In this document: positions 29,820 through 38,589 of the stretch, one piece after another | Position numbering within the stretch: position 1 is the first letter of the stretch | How the letters are laid out: each line of letters opens with the position of its first letter | Assembly: GCA_045597205.1 (NCBI GenBank) | Contig: JAZODT010000073.1 | Location: forward strand, 1 to 49,459 | DNA: 49,459 bases | Reading direction: 5' to 3' | Source of the DNA: Clostridia bacterium | GTDB lineage: Bacteria; Bacillota; Clostridia; UBA1381; UBA9506 | The notes under the pieces: model-generated | What the model was told of the DNA's origin: nothing | Database searches by the model: none | What the model saw: only the letters and a program-made list of their open reading frames with translations | Position numbers and translations under genes: made by a program

Positions 29820-30094
29820 TGGCAAATAGAGTGTGTGAAAGGTGCATCCATTATGACGTATGCTTATTGCATGAAGATAATTTTATTGAGGATGTTGCTA
29901 AGAATGGCTTTTGTGGCAAATTCAAAAACAAGGACGACGTTGCGGAAGTAAAGCATGGGTATTGGATAGGTCAACATCCTAAAGTGCCAAAATGTAGCGT
30001 TTGCGGTGCTATAGATTGGAATAAAGGCGATTATTGCAGATATTGCGGTGCAAAAATGGATGGGGAGGAGAATAACCATGGTAAACAACAATAA
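29819..30094 (+). CDS. Cys-rich hypothetical protein (zinc-ribbon-like)
   Basis: CERCIHYDVC ... CSVCGA ... CRYCGAKM. Confidence 0.5.
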   Translation: MANRVCERCIHYDVCLLHEDNFIEDVAKNGFCGKFKNKDDVAEVKHGYWIGQHPKVPKCSVCGAIDWNKGDYCRYCGAKMDGEENNHGKQQ

Positions 30095-30290
30095 ACTGCG
30101 GGGAAGAATTGTAGAAAAGGGTTTGAGTATTGGCAAGGTAGCGGAAGATATTGGGCTTTCAGCATCCACCCTTGGCCGGAAGCTCCGGGGGATAGCGGAT
30201 ATGACATTAAGGGAAGCAGAGATGCTTTGTCATGTGTTGGATATTCCCAAAAACGAAATTTTAAATTACTTTTTTGTACAGGAGGGATAA
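30078..30290 (+). CDS. Small XRE-like HTH protein
   Basis: LSIGKVAEDIGLSASTLGRKLRG HTH; ATG 30078 follows GGGGAGGAG. Confidence 0.6.
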   Translation: MVNNNKLRGRIVEKGLSIGKVAEDIGLSASTLGRKLRGIADMTLREAEMLCHVLDIPKNEILNYFFVQEG

Positions 30291-30291
30291 T

Positions 30292-30459
30292 GTGCCTGGT
30301 GTAAAGACGAATTGTTTTGGGTTTCATCCTAAGACTAAGGAATGTAAAATTATGACGGAGACAATCTGCAGGAAGAGAAAATGCAGTTTTTTTAAAACAG
30401 AAAAGGCTTATCTGGATGGATTAAAAAAATATCCTATAAAAGAAAAGGCTAAACAGTAA
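30292..30459 (+). CDS. Small hypothetical protein
   Basis: GTG 30292 lies 5 nt after GGAGGG, directly after the upstream stop. Contains C..C / C....C pairs. Confidence 0.35.
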   Translation: MPGVKTNCFGFHPKTKECKIMTETICRKRKCSFFKTEKAYLDGLKKYPIKEKAKQ

Positions 30460-30485
30460 AGTTTAAGATGTAAACAGGAGGAGCT

Positions 30486-30929
30486 ATGCCGAGAGAGTAT
30501 CAGATTAAAAGGAGTAATCCGTATCACATAGAAAACAGTAATACATATCGGGAAACGCTGTATATTGTCAAAGATTATCATAATCTGTTAAAACAACGAG
30601 AGCAAATATTAATTGAAAGCCCAGCTCCTCCGGATGGGATGCCGAGAGCCAGCGGGACATCAGACTCAACGTTTTATAAAGCTTCAGTCCTAGCGACTGT
30701 TAATACAAAAATTGAAGCAATCGAGCAGACAATTTCTGTCTTGAGGGGAAAATACGCAGATACCTGCACAGGGGAAGTTTTCGATGCGTATGAATCCTTC
30801 CTTGATTATGCAGTGTTTTGTTATTATCGTAGCAGGCCGGATAGGGATGTTGCTCCTGGTATGAGGACATGGTTAAGATACCGTTCGGAATTTGTGTGGA
30901 ATGTGGCAAAAAAACTAAACTTTTTTTAA
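30486..30929 (+). CDS. Putative late-gene regulator (ArpU/RinA-like or antiterminator)
   Basis: 147 aa and the last gene before terS. PPDGMPRASGTSDSTFYKA and IEAIEQTISVL resemble ArpU/RinA-type activators. The function is inferred mainly from position. Confidence 0.4.
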   Translation: MPREYQIKRSNPYHIENSNTYRETLYIVKDYHNLLKQREQILIESPAPPDGMPRASGTSDSTFYKASVLATVNTKIEAIEQTISVLRGKYADTCTGEVFDAYESFLDYAVFCYYRSRPDRDVAPGMRTWLRYRSEFVWNVAKKLNFF

Positions 30930-30955
30930 AAATGTCACTTTGGGAACATTTCAAG

Positions 30956-30964
30956 TGGTATAAT
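30956..30964 (+). promoter_or_regulatory. Extended -10 element TGgTATAAT (candidate late promoter)
   Basis: Perfect TATAAT with an upstream TG; no convincing -35 at 17 nt. It is flanked by CACTT(12 nt)AAGTG. Confidence 0.4.
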
Positions 30965-30990
30965 AGGTACAATGAGAAAAATATTTAAAG

Positions 30991-31020
30991 GCGTCTGTCG
31001 ATTATGGCAGGCGCTTTTTT
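30991..31020 (+). terminator. Intrinsic terminator between late regulator and terS
   Basis: GCGTCTG/CAGGCGC stem (one G-U), 10-nt loop, then T6. Confidence 0.6.
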
Positions 31021-31068
31021 GGTGCCGAAAGTCGGCGGATGAGGATGGCGGGTAGTAGTTAAGGAGAG

Positions 31069-31536
31069 GTGGTGAGTTTGGCGAATGTAGATTGGATTGC
31101 AATTAAAAATGAATATATAAGCACAAATGTAAGTTACAAAGAGTTATCTGATAAATATCCGGTTAGTAAAACAGCGATTGCCAACAGAGCAAAAAAAGAA
31201 AAATGGGTTGAACTTCGGGAAGAAAACTTGAACGCGACTTATACAAAAGTTGTACAAGAAACACAAGATAAAATTGTGAGTGCTGAGGTCGATCGTGTCA
31301 CAAAGTTATTGGAGCTGACAGACGATGTGCAGGAAAAGATAGCGATAGCATTAGGTCAGTTGAATATGTATATTGATTTGTCCGGCAAAGCGCAGCGATG
31401 TGACATGATTGATGTGAGCAGGCTCAAAAAACTTGTGGCAGCTCTGAAGGATGTGAAGGAAATTGTGCGGATTGATAATCAGAATGATATTGACAAGCTG
31501 GATGCGGTGCTTGCAAAAATTGAGGGCAACATATGA
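31069..31536 (+). CDS. terS: Terminase small subunit
   Basis: N-terminal HTH-like sequence WIAIKNEYISTNVSYKELSDKYPVSKTAIANRAKKEKW; lies directly upstream of and overlapping terL. Confidence 0.75.
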   Translation: MVSLANVDWIAIKNEYISTNVSYKELSDKYPVSKTAIANRAKKEKWVELREENLNATYTKVVQETQDKIVSAEVDRVTKLLELTDDVQEKIAIALGQLNMYIDLSGKAQRCDMIDVSRLKKLVAALKDVKEIVRIDNQNDIDKLDAVLAKIEGNI

Positions 31537-32750
31537 CGGGCTTTTCCAAAAAACAACAGGAATATTTGAATAATGCAACGCGGAGATGGAATATCAAATC
31601 CGGTGCCACGAGAAGCGGGAAAACTTATCTTGATTATTTTGTTATCCCGAAGCGCATCAGAAGAGTTAAGGACTTGGACGGCCTTGTTGTTTTGCTGGGG
31701 AATACAAAAGGGACATTGCAACGAAATATCATTGACCCTCTTCAAAAGCTCTGGGGGGAGCGCTATGTTACGGAAATCAGCTCGGATAACACGGCCTATA
31801 TGTTTGGTGAGAAGGTTTATTGCCTTGGTGCTGATAAAATAAATCAGGTAGACAAGATAAGAGGATCCTCTATCAAATACTGTTATGGAGATGAGGTCGT
31901 AACCTGGCATAAAGAAGTTTTCGATATGCTGAAATCCCGCTTGGATAAAGACTACAGTAAATTTGATGGAACGTGCAACCCTGATAATCCTCAGCATTGG
32001 TTCAAGCAGTTTCTTAATAACGAAAACGGCGTGGACCTTTATCTGCAGGAATACACCATTGATGACAATCCGTTCCTGCCACTTTCAGTGAAAGAAAACT
32101 TAAAGCGGGAATATTTCGGCACAGTTCTTTATGACCGTTATATCCTTGGGAAATGGGTTAATGCACAAGGCCTTATTTATCCGCTTTTGGCGGATAATCC
32201 TGCACGATACACAATCGGTAAATCGCAATTAGGCAATATGTATGATTACAGTATAGGTATAGATTTCGGCGGCAATAAATCAGGGCACGCTATGGTGCTG
32301 AGCTCCATAGGACGGTCAAACAACCTTTTATTCCTTAAATCCGATTATCGGAAGGCGACCGGTACCAGAGCGGAAGATGTTGTATCGTGGTGCGTTGAAC
32401 AACCGGAGAAGTATTATAAAGAATATCCGTACCTATATTCGATTTATCCCGATAGTGCTGAACAGCTTCTGATTAACTCTATTGCGGCCAGGTCTCGCTT
32501 CAATGTATATAATAGTCTTAAGAAACCCATTATTGACCGTGTTCGTTGCATGCAGACATTGTTGGCAAACGATAGAGTGAAGTTTGTTGACGGCGAATGT
32601 GATGAACTGATAAAGGCGTTTTCAGAAGCTTTGTGGGATGATAAATCGTTGGTCGATAAACGCCTGGATAATGGTACTTTTAATAACGACATTATTGACG
32701 CTGCAGAATACAGCTTTGAATATAATCTTGATAGGTTGGTGAATTTTTGA
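31533..32750 (+). CDS. terL: Terminase large subunit (PBSX-like)
   Basis: Walker A GATRSGKT; nuclease-region acidic residues (DFGG.., YPDSAE); 405 aa. Confidence 0.92.
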   Translation: MTGFSKKQQEYLNNATRRWNIKSGATRSGKTYLDYFVIPKRIRRVKDLDGLVVLLGNTKGTLQRNIIDPLQKLWGERYVTEISSDNTAYMFGEKVYCLGADKINQVDKIRGSSIKYCYGDEVVTWHKEVFDMLKSRLDKDYSKFDGTCNPDNPQHWFKQFLNNENGVDLYLQEYTIDDNPFLPLSVKENLKREYFGTVLYDRYILGKWVNAQGLIYPLLADNPARYTIGKSQLGNMYDYSIGIDFGGNKSGHAMVLSSIGRSNNLLFLKSDYRKATGTRAEDVVSWCVEQPEKYYKEYPYLYSIYPDSAEQLLINSIAARSRFNVYNSLKKPIIDRVRCMQTLLANDRVKFVDGECDELIKAFSEALWDDKSLVDKRLDNGTFNNDIIDAAEYSFEYNLDRLVNF

Positions 32751-34060
32751 TGTGGAAGAATATATGGCAATGGGTTTTAAAGCAACTCGGAATTAAAAAA
32801 TCCAAAACGACAGAAAAACAACTGGATGAAAATGTTAAAAATGCTATGGATTACTCTTCGACAGAAGGATATAATTTCAATGCTATTTTTTCAAATCGGC
32901 TGGCAAGCCTGGCCACATCCGATAGCGATTTTGTTCTGGAGAAGGATAACAAGCGCGGAGAGCTACTTTGCGACGCAGGCAATGCCGTATGGCAAAATAA
33001 AAAGAAAATCGTAGCAACTGCTTTAGGTACCGGAGGATGTCTGATCGTTCCATATGTTCAAAACGGAGCCATTCAATCCGATATGGCATCCCAGGACAGG
33101 TTTTGCATTCATGCGAAACAGGGTGAAAAGATTACCCATGCTACCGTGTTGGCGGACAGCATTGTTTTAAATCGTATCCGCTACTACCGGTTTGTGGACT
33201 ATAAGGTTGAAAACGGCACTCTTTCGATTATAAACAAAGTGGTAACCGAGAATGGTCGGCCGGCCGCGGTGGAGCAGTGGCAGGATATTCAGGATATGAC
33301 CATTGCCAATGTTGACAGGGTGCCGTTCGGCTTTATAAAATCTCCCATTGATAACCGGCGTTGTACGGATGATTATGGCGTGCCGGTTACATACGGTTGC
33401 GAAACAATTATCCGCGAAATTATCACCTGCCTTAAGCAAATTGAGGACGAATTTGATATGAAAGAGGTTCGTCTTCAGCTGGATGCACGTGCCTTTGACA
33501 GAGACAAAGACGGCAAGCCGGTTTTGAAAAGTAAGTTGTTCATGAAAGGTCACAATGTCAACAATGAAAATATGTTTAATATTTTTGACCCGGCAATTCG
33601 CGAAAGCAGTTATTATGCCCGACTGAATAATTTGTTTGAGCTATTGGAGAAAACAATTGGAACAAGCCGGGGCATTTTGACAAAGGCAGAGGCAACCTAT
33701 GAAAATCTGGAGGCCATCCGGGCGGCGAACCGTGATACCTGGTCATTGGTTTCCGATATCCGTGAGGCTATAGAAAAAGGGTTTAAGGATTTCCTGTACG
33801 CCTGTGACGTTCTGGCGAATTGTTATAATCTCACCCCGCCAGGTGATTATACCTATTCTTTCGATTGGGACTATTCCGTTATTGAGCGCACAGCAGATAC
33901 CTGGCAACAGCTTAAGGACGGTCAGTCTATCGGTATCAGGAGTAAAGCCGAGCTCCGAGCCTGGCAGACAGGCGAAAGCATAGAAGATGCGCAGAAGGCA
34001 ATTGATGAAATTGCGAAGAGAGAGCCGAACGTGCAGACGCTTATGGGAATGAGTGAGTGA
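32747..34060 (+). CDS. Portal protein
   Basis: 437 aa, immediately after terL and before the MuF-like gene. The call rests on size and position. Confidence 0.8.
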   Translation: MMWKNIWQWVLKQLGIKKSKTTEKQLDENVKNAMDYSSTEGYNFNAIFSNRLASLATSDSDFVLEKDNKRGELLCDAGNAVWQNKKKIVATALGTGGCLIVPYVQNGAIQSDMASQDRFCIHAKQGEKITHATVLADSIVLNRIRYYRFVDYKVENGTLSIINKVVTENGRPAAVEQWQDIQDMTIANVDRVPFGFIKSPIDNRRCTDDYGVPVTYGCETIIREIITCLKQIEDEFDMKEVRLQLDARAFDRDKDGKPVLKSKLFMKGHNVNNENMFNIFDPAIRESSYYARLNNLFELLEKTIGTSRGILTKAEATYENLEAIRAANRDTWSLVSDIREAIEKGFKDFLYACDVLANCYNLTPPGDYTYSFDWDYSVIERTADTWQQLKDGQSIGIRSKAELRAWQTGESIEDAQKAIDEIAKREPNVQTLMGMSE

Positions 34061-35819
34061 CATGCTTACAGAACATCAAATTAATATGTTGCCGGAACGG
34101 ATTGCACAGCGTTTACAGCGGATCAATACGGAATATTTAGAAAGCGTAGGCAGAGTTCTAAAGGAAATCGGCGAGCTTCGCCCAAGTGATGTGCATAGGC
34201 TGCAACAACTATATAACTACGGTGCTGACCTGCAGCGTATCACCTATAAGCTGGCCGAGGCGAGTAATAAAAACGTTCAGGATATTTATGACATCTTCGA
34301 TGTGGTTGCCAAAGAAAATTATAGTTATTCGCAGCCGTTCTATAAAGCGACTGGGAAGGCCTTTATTCCCTATGAGGACAACGAGGACCTGCAGCGATAT
34401 GTTCAATCCTTGGCCAAGCAGACAGCCGGTGAATATGTTAATTTAACACAGCATACGGCTTTTGCGGTGTTTGATAGTACCGGCAAGCACATTGCGCCAC
34501 TTTATGAGGCAGACAAAATTAAAGCGGCGACAACTCTTTCTGATACATATACACAGATAGTTGATTATGCAGTGACAAAAGCGCAGCTGGGAGGGGACGG
34601 ATACCAAAAGGCGGTTCAGGATGTGTGCCGCGCTATGGTGCATAGCGGGATTAAAACGGTTGATTATGCCACAGGGTATAAAAGGCGGCTAGAATCCGCC
34701 GTGAGGCAGAATGTGCTTTGGGGCATCAAACAATGCAACCAGAACACAGCAGACATGATAGGCGAGGATTTTGGGGCCGATGGCTACGAAATCAGTTATC
34801 ACTCCAACCCGAGACCGAGCCACGCGGATATGGCAGGTAAGATATATGCTATCGGCCGGGCGCGAACGGTAAACGGTATTTATTATCCGTCCTTTTCTGA
34901 TGTGGCGCATCTTTTGGAAGAATACGGTTGCCTGCACTTTAAATTTTCGGTGCTATTGGGAATTTCTGAACCGGCTTACACCAGAGAGCAGCTGGAGGAA
35001 CTAAAAGCACAGGATGGGCAGATGTTCGACTTCGAAGGTGAAACATATACAAGGCAAAAGGGGAAGGAGCTACAGGGCAGATTGGAAAGCGCCATGGTGC
35101 AGCAGAAGGAGCTTGCTACTATGGCAGAGGCAGCAGGGGATGAAGAGCTCAGGTGTGAGGCGCAGGGGAAATTAAATCTCTTATCGGGCAAATATGCCAG
35201 ACTTTCCAAGGAATCGGGTTTGCCGACTAAGACGGAGAGGATGAAGGCGGCAACAGTGAAAGGCCTTGACAAACCTGGAAATAGTGGTATAATAAAAGAA
35301 GATAAGTTAGGAACAGAATTATGGACAGAAGAAAAACGCATAAAGATTAGGCAAACCGAAAAGATTCTTTCAGGAAATAAATATGAAACAGCTGTTGTTT
35401 ATGACGAAAATGGAGATGTCGTATTCAAGAAAAAAGGGGATTCCAGTTCCGTCAAATTTACGAAAATTGAGATTAAACAAATGAAGGGTAAGGTTGTGAC
35501 GCATAACCATCCCAACGACTCTTGTTTTTCAAGTGCCGATATCGATATGCTTAGAAAAGCAAAAGTGTGTGAATTGAGAGCGGCCGCAAGTGATGGTACA
35601 TATGTCCTGCGATACAGCGGAACATGGAATAATAACTATAATTCCTTAGCGAAAATCAAGGATAGATATTATGAGATTGACGAGGAAATCTCAAAAGGAT
35701 ATGCAGAGATTGCGGCGCGGGAAGGCAAGACGATTTTTGACTACGATAGAGAAATACAAGAAAAAACTATTGCTAAATTAAGCAAAGAAATAGGCATTGT
35801 TTTCAGCAAGGAGAATTGA
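34053..35819 (+). CDS. Minor capsid / head morphogenesis protein (MuF/SPP1 gp7-like) with C-terminal JAB/RadC-like extension
   Basis: The N-terminal ~400 aa follow the portal gene, as MuF/minor-capsid-protein-2 genes do. The C-terminal ~165 aa contain YETAVVYDENG...VVTHNHPNDSCFSSADI. Confidence 0.75.
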   Translation: MSDMLTEHQINMLPERIAQRLQRINTEYLESVGRVLKEIGELRPSDVHRLQQLYNYGADLQRITYKLAEASNKNVQDIYDIFDVVAKENYSYSQPFYKATGKAFIPYEDNEDLQRYVQSLAKQTAGEYVNLTQHTAFAVFDSTGKHIAPLYEADKIKAATTLSDTYTQIVDYAVTKAQLGGDGYQKAVQDVCRAMVHSGIKTVDYATGYKRRLESAVRQNVLWGIKQCNQNTADMIGEDFGADGYEISYHSNPRPSHADMAGKIYAIGRARTVNGIYYPSFSDVAHLLEEYGCLHFKFSVLLGISEPAYTREQLEELKAQDGQMFDFEGETYTRQKGKELQGRLESAMVQQKELATMAEAAGDEELRCEAQGKLNLLSGKYARLSKESGLPTKTERMKAATVKGLDKPGNSGIIKEDKLGTELWTEEKRIKIRQTEKILSGNKYETAVVYDENGDVVFKKKGDSSSVKFTKIEIKQMKGKVVTHNHPNDSCFSSADIDMLRKAKVCELRAAASDGTYVLRYSGTWNNNYNSLAKIKDRYYEIDEEISKGYAEIAAREGKTIFDYDREIQEKTIAKLSKEIGIVFSKEN

Positions 35820-35820
35820 T

Positions 35821-35964
35821 ATGCGAGAAAGAGAGAATGAAATTAATATATCTGATATACCGGACAACAAAGGGATTGATGATTATCCTGATGATACTAT
35901 TTTTGTATTTGACGACAAACCAGTAAAAAGAGACCCGAATACCGGGCTAGTTATTCGAGAGTAA
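35821..35964 (+). CDS. Small acidic hypothetical protein (47 aa)
   Basis: The ATG is adjacent to the MuF stop (TGATATG). It is followed by two terminators and is not in the ORF track. Confidence 0.35.
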   Translation: MRERENEINISDIPDNKGIDDYPDDTIFVFDDKPVKRDPNTGLVIRE

Positions 35965-36007
35965 TAAAAAGGGTCATTCGAGGTGGGAGAGTACGTTCCA
36001 TATAACC

Positions 36008-36040
36008 AAAAAAGGGATTGCTTCGTGCAGTCCCTTTTCT
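36008..36040 (+). terminator. Intrinsic terminator 1 inside the head module
   Basis: A6, then GGGATTGC/GCAGTCCC (8 bp, one G-U), then TTTTCT. Confidence 0.6.
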
Positions 36041-36062
36041 AATATCAAATTTAATAATTAAG

Positions 36063-36091
36063 GCATTATGCGTTTGCATAGTGCTTTTTTT
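36063..36091 (+). terminator. Intrinsic terminator 2 inside the head module
   Basis: GCATTATGC/GCATAGTGC (9 bp, one G-U), GTTT loop, then T7. Confidence 0.65.
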
Positions 36092-36173
36092 ATACTCAAA
36101 ATTGGGCGGAATCCCGAAAAACTATCAATCCGGTGCGGAAAGAAACCGCGAGAACAAACTGAAAGGAGATATT

Positions 36174-36746
36174 ATGACAAGAGAGGAACTGAAAGGCATT
36201 ATTGAGGGTATTACCGATGAACAGCTCAAATCCATTCTGGATATTAACACGGCGGACATCGGCAAAGCAAAGGGCGATTTTGCCAAGATTAAGGCTGAAA
36301 ATGATGCCCTGAAGGCTAGTGAGCAGGAGCTCAAAAGCAAAATTGCCGAACTGAGTGAAAAGTCGGGCACAGCTGACGACTATAAAAAGCAGCTGGAGGA
36401 TTTAAAGGCAGAGATTTCGGCCAAAGAAGAGGCGGCGAAAGCTGCAGCTGAGGACAAGGCTCTGACCGAGGCGATTGAGGCTGTATTTGGCGATAAACAA
36501 TTCACTTCCGATTATGTTCGGCAGGGATTAATTGCTGATATGAAGACTGAGATTGCTAAGGGTGAGAACAAAGGCAAGGGCTACAGCGAAATCTTTGACG
36601 CTTTAACCAAGGACAAGGAAGGTCTGTTTGCTAATCCAAACCCGCCGGCAGATATGACGGGGCTTGGAGGTGTAGATAAACCGAGTGAACTTGAAAATTT
36701 AGACATGGCAGATTATATTGCTGCCAGACAGAAAATGAAAGGATGA
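36174..36746 (+). CDS. Scaffolding protein
   Basis: ATG 36174 after GAAAGGAG. Alanine/glutamate-rich coiled coil; lies directly upstream of the capsid gene. Confidence 0.75.
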   Translation: MTREELKGIIEGITDEQLKSILDINTADIGKAKGDFAKIKAENDALKASEQELKSKIAELSEKSGTADDYKKQLEDLKAEISAKEEAAKAAAEDKALTEAIEAVFGDKQFTSDYVRQGLIADMKTEIAKGENKGKGYSEIFDALTKDKEGLFANPNPPADMTGLGGVDKPSELENLDMADYIAARQKMKG

Positions 36747-36752
36747 TGAATT

Positions 36753-37616
36753 ATGGCTAATACAATTTTAACACCTTCTATTATTGCAAAAGAAGCTTTG
36801 ATGGTGCTTCGAAACAACGCTGTGATGGCAAATTTGGTACATCGTGACTTCTCTGATGAGTTTGTCCCCGGTGTTGGTGATGAAATTTCAATCAGAAAGC
36901 CGGCCCAGTTTGAGGCTAAGGAGTTCAACGGAACCAGTATTGATGTTCAGGATGCAACAGAAAACAGCATTACCGTTACAATGGATAAGCACCTGGATGT
37001 ATCCTTTGCTGTTACATCCAAGCAGATGGCTATGGATATTGCAGACTTTTCTGCTCAGTTTTTAGTTCCTGCTATGCAGGCTTTTTCTGATAAGATTGAT
37101 AAGTGTATTCTTGGTCTTGCGACAGACATAACCAATCGTGTTTCAGCAACCGGTTCTGTGCAGAATGATGTTGTTGACGCGAGAGCCTTTTTCACTAAAA
37201 ATGCGGCGCCTCTTACCCAGCGTAACCTTGTTTACGGCTCCGACATGGAAACAAAGCTTTTGAAAACCGACCTCTTTACTCATGCAGATAAGGTCGGCGA
37301 TGAAGGCACGGCTCTGCGTGAAGCGTCTATTGGCAGAAAGTATGGTATGGATTTTTATGTTGACCAGAATGTGGATGGCGGAAACATTGATGGTATTGCC
37401 TTCCACAAAAATGCATTTGCTCTTGTTACCAGACCCTTGGAACAGCCGCAGGGTGCAGCAAAATCCGCCATTATGAGCTATGACGGTTTTGGCCTTCGTG
37501 TTGTATATGATTATGATATCAATACAAAGAAAGACACCATTTCCATTGATATGCTTTGCGGTTTCAAAACGTTAGATGCAAGACTTGCATCTGTCATCGA
37601 AAGTGCAGGTGTTTGA
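36753..37616 (+). CDS. Major capsid protein
   Basis: 287 aa. The N-terminus ANTILTPSIIAKEALMVLRNN is typical of coat proteins; lies after the scaffold gene. Confidence 0.8.
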   Translation: MANTILTPSIIAKEALMVLRNNAVMANLVHRDFSDEFVPGVGDEISIRKPAQFEAKEFNGTSIDVQDATENSITVTMDKHLDVSFAVTSKQMAMDIADFSAQFLVPAMQAFSDKIDKCILGLATDITNRVSATGSVQNDVVDARAFFTKNAAPLTQRNLVYGSDMETKLLKTDLFTHADKVGDEGTALREASIGRKYGMDFYVDQNVDGGNIDGIAFHKNAFALVTRPLEQPQGAAKSAIMSYDGFGLRVVYDYDINTKKDTISIDMLCGFKTLDARLASVIESAGV

Positions 37617-37618
37617 TT

Positions 37619-37831
37619 ATGTACAAAGTAATTAAGTATTTTGAAGACCTGCAGGATGGCGGTTATGCCTACGAAGAAGGGGATGTATTCCCTCGTGAGG
37701 GGTTAGAGGTCTCAGACGAAAGAATTAAAGAGCTTTCCGGCAAAAAAAATAAGCGGGGGACACCTTTAATTATCGAAAAGAAGGACCCGGGTACTCCTGA
37801 TGACGACAAAAAGGGAGACAGCGAAAAATAG
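37619..37831 (+). CDS. Small head-associated hypothetical protein
   Basis: ATG 37619 overlaps the capsid stop region; 70 aa with a basic/acidic tail. Confidence 0.5.
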   Translation: MYKVIKYFEDLQDGGYAYEEGDVFPREGLEVSDERIKELSGKKNKRGTPLIIEKKDPGTPDDDKKGDSEK

Positions 37832-37843
37832 GGAGGTGCTTTT

Positions 37844-38203
37844 ATGTACTTAACCTACGAAGAATATCAGGTTGATATGTGCGGTACACTTTCGGCTGAG
37901 GTGTTCGGCCGGTTGGAATTTAAGGCACGGAAAGCAGTGGATGCGGCTACCTTTGGCCGCATCGCTGCCGAACAACCTGTGCGTGAGTCTGTTAAGAGAC
38001 TAGCATTTGAATTGGTTCAGCTGTATGCAGACGGTGACGAAGAAACGCTTGTAACCAGCGCATCGGCGGATGGTTTCAGCGAAACTTATGCAGTGCTTTC
38101 GGAACAGGAGCTGCAGCAAAAAGCGGATGATTTGATTTCTTTGTATCTTTCCGACGAAAGAACGGCAGACGGCACTCCTCTTTTATATTTGGGGGTGAGC
38201 TGA
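37844..38203 (+). CDS. Head-tail connector/adaptor protein
   Basis: Call rests on position and size (119 aa) in the neck module. Confidence 0.55.
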   Translation: MYLTYEEYQVDMCGTLSAEVFGRLEFKARKAVDAATFGRIAAEQPVRESVKRLAFELVQLYADGDEETLVTSASADGFSETYAVLSEQELQQKADDLISLYLSDERTADGTPLLYLGVS

Positions 38204-38204
38204 T

Positions 38205-38585
38205 ATGCCCCGGTGGTGGAAAGATATAATAACGGTTTATCATCAATCGTCTAAAATCGAAAACGGAAAACGGATTCACAGCTGGTCAAGCATCACGCTG
38301 ACAGATTGTTTTTTCGGTACGCAGGACGCGCAGGACTTAAATGGCAACACCTTGTCCATGGCAAGCAGTTATGTGGTCAGAATCCCATTTAAGGGGCAGA
38401 GGTTGGATATTGCCCCCGGGGATATTATCGTGCGTGGGCGTGTACACGACATAATTGCTGATGAACAGGGGAAACGTGTGACGGATTTGCTACAGAAGTA
38501 TCAGCCGGATTGTTTTACTGTTCGAACTGTTTCGGATAACACCAAAATCAAGCGCCTGGCACACTATAAGCTGACAGGGGTGTGA
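38205..38585 (+). CDS. Head closure / neck protein
   Basis: Call rests on position and size (126 aa), tightly packed with its neighbours. Confidence 0.5.
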   Translation: MPRWWKDIITVYHQSSKIENGKRIHSWSSITLTDCFFGTQDAQDLNGNTLSMASSYVVRIPFKGQRLDIAPGDIIVRGRVHDIIADEQGKRVTDLLQKYQPDCFTVRTVSDNTKIKRLAHYKLTGV

Positions 38586-38589
38586 GGCC

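Noticed and set aside
30971-31058. 27-codon ORF (MRKIFKGVCRLWQALFWCRKSADEDGG) in the late leader
   Set aside because: It has no RBS, it runs through the terminator hairpin, and the region is better explained as a non-coding leader.
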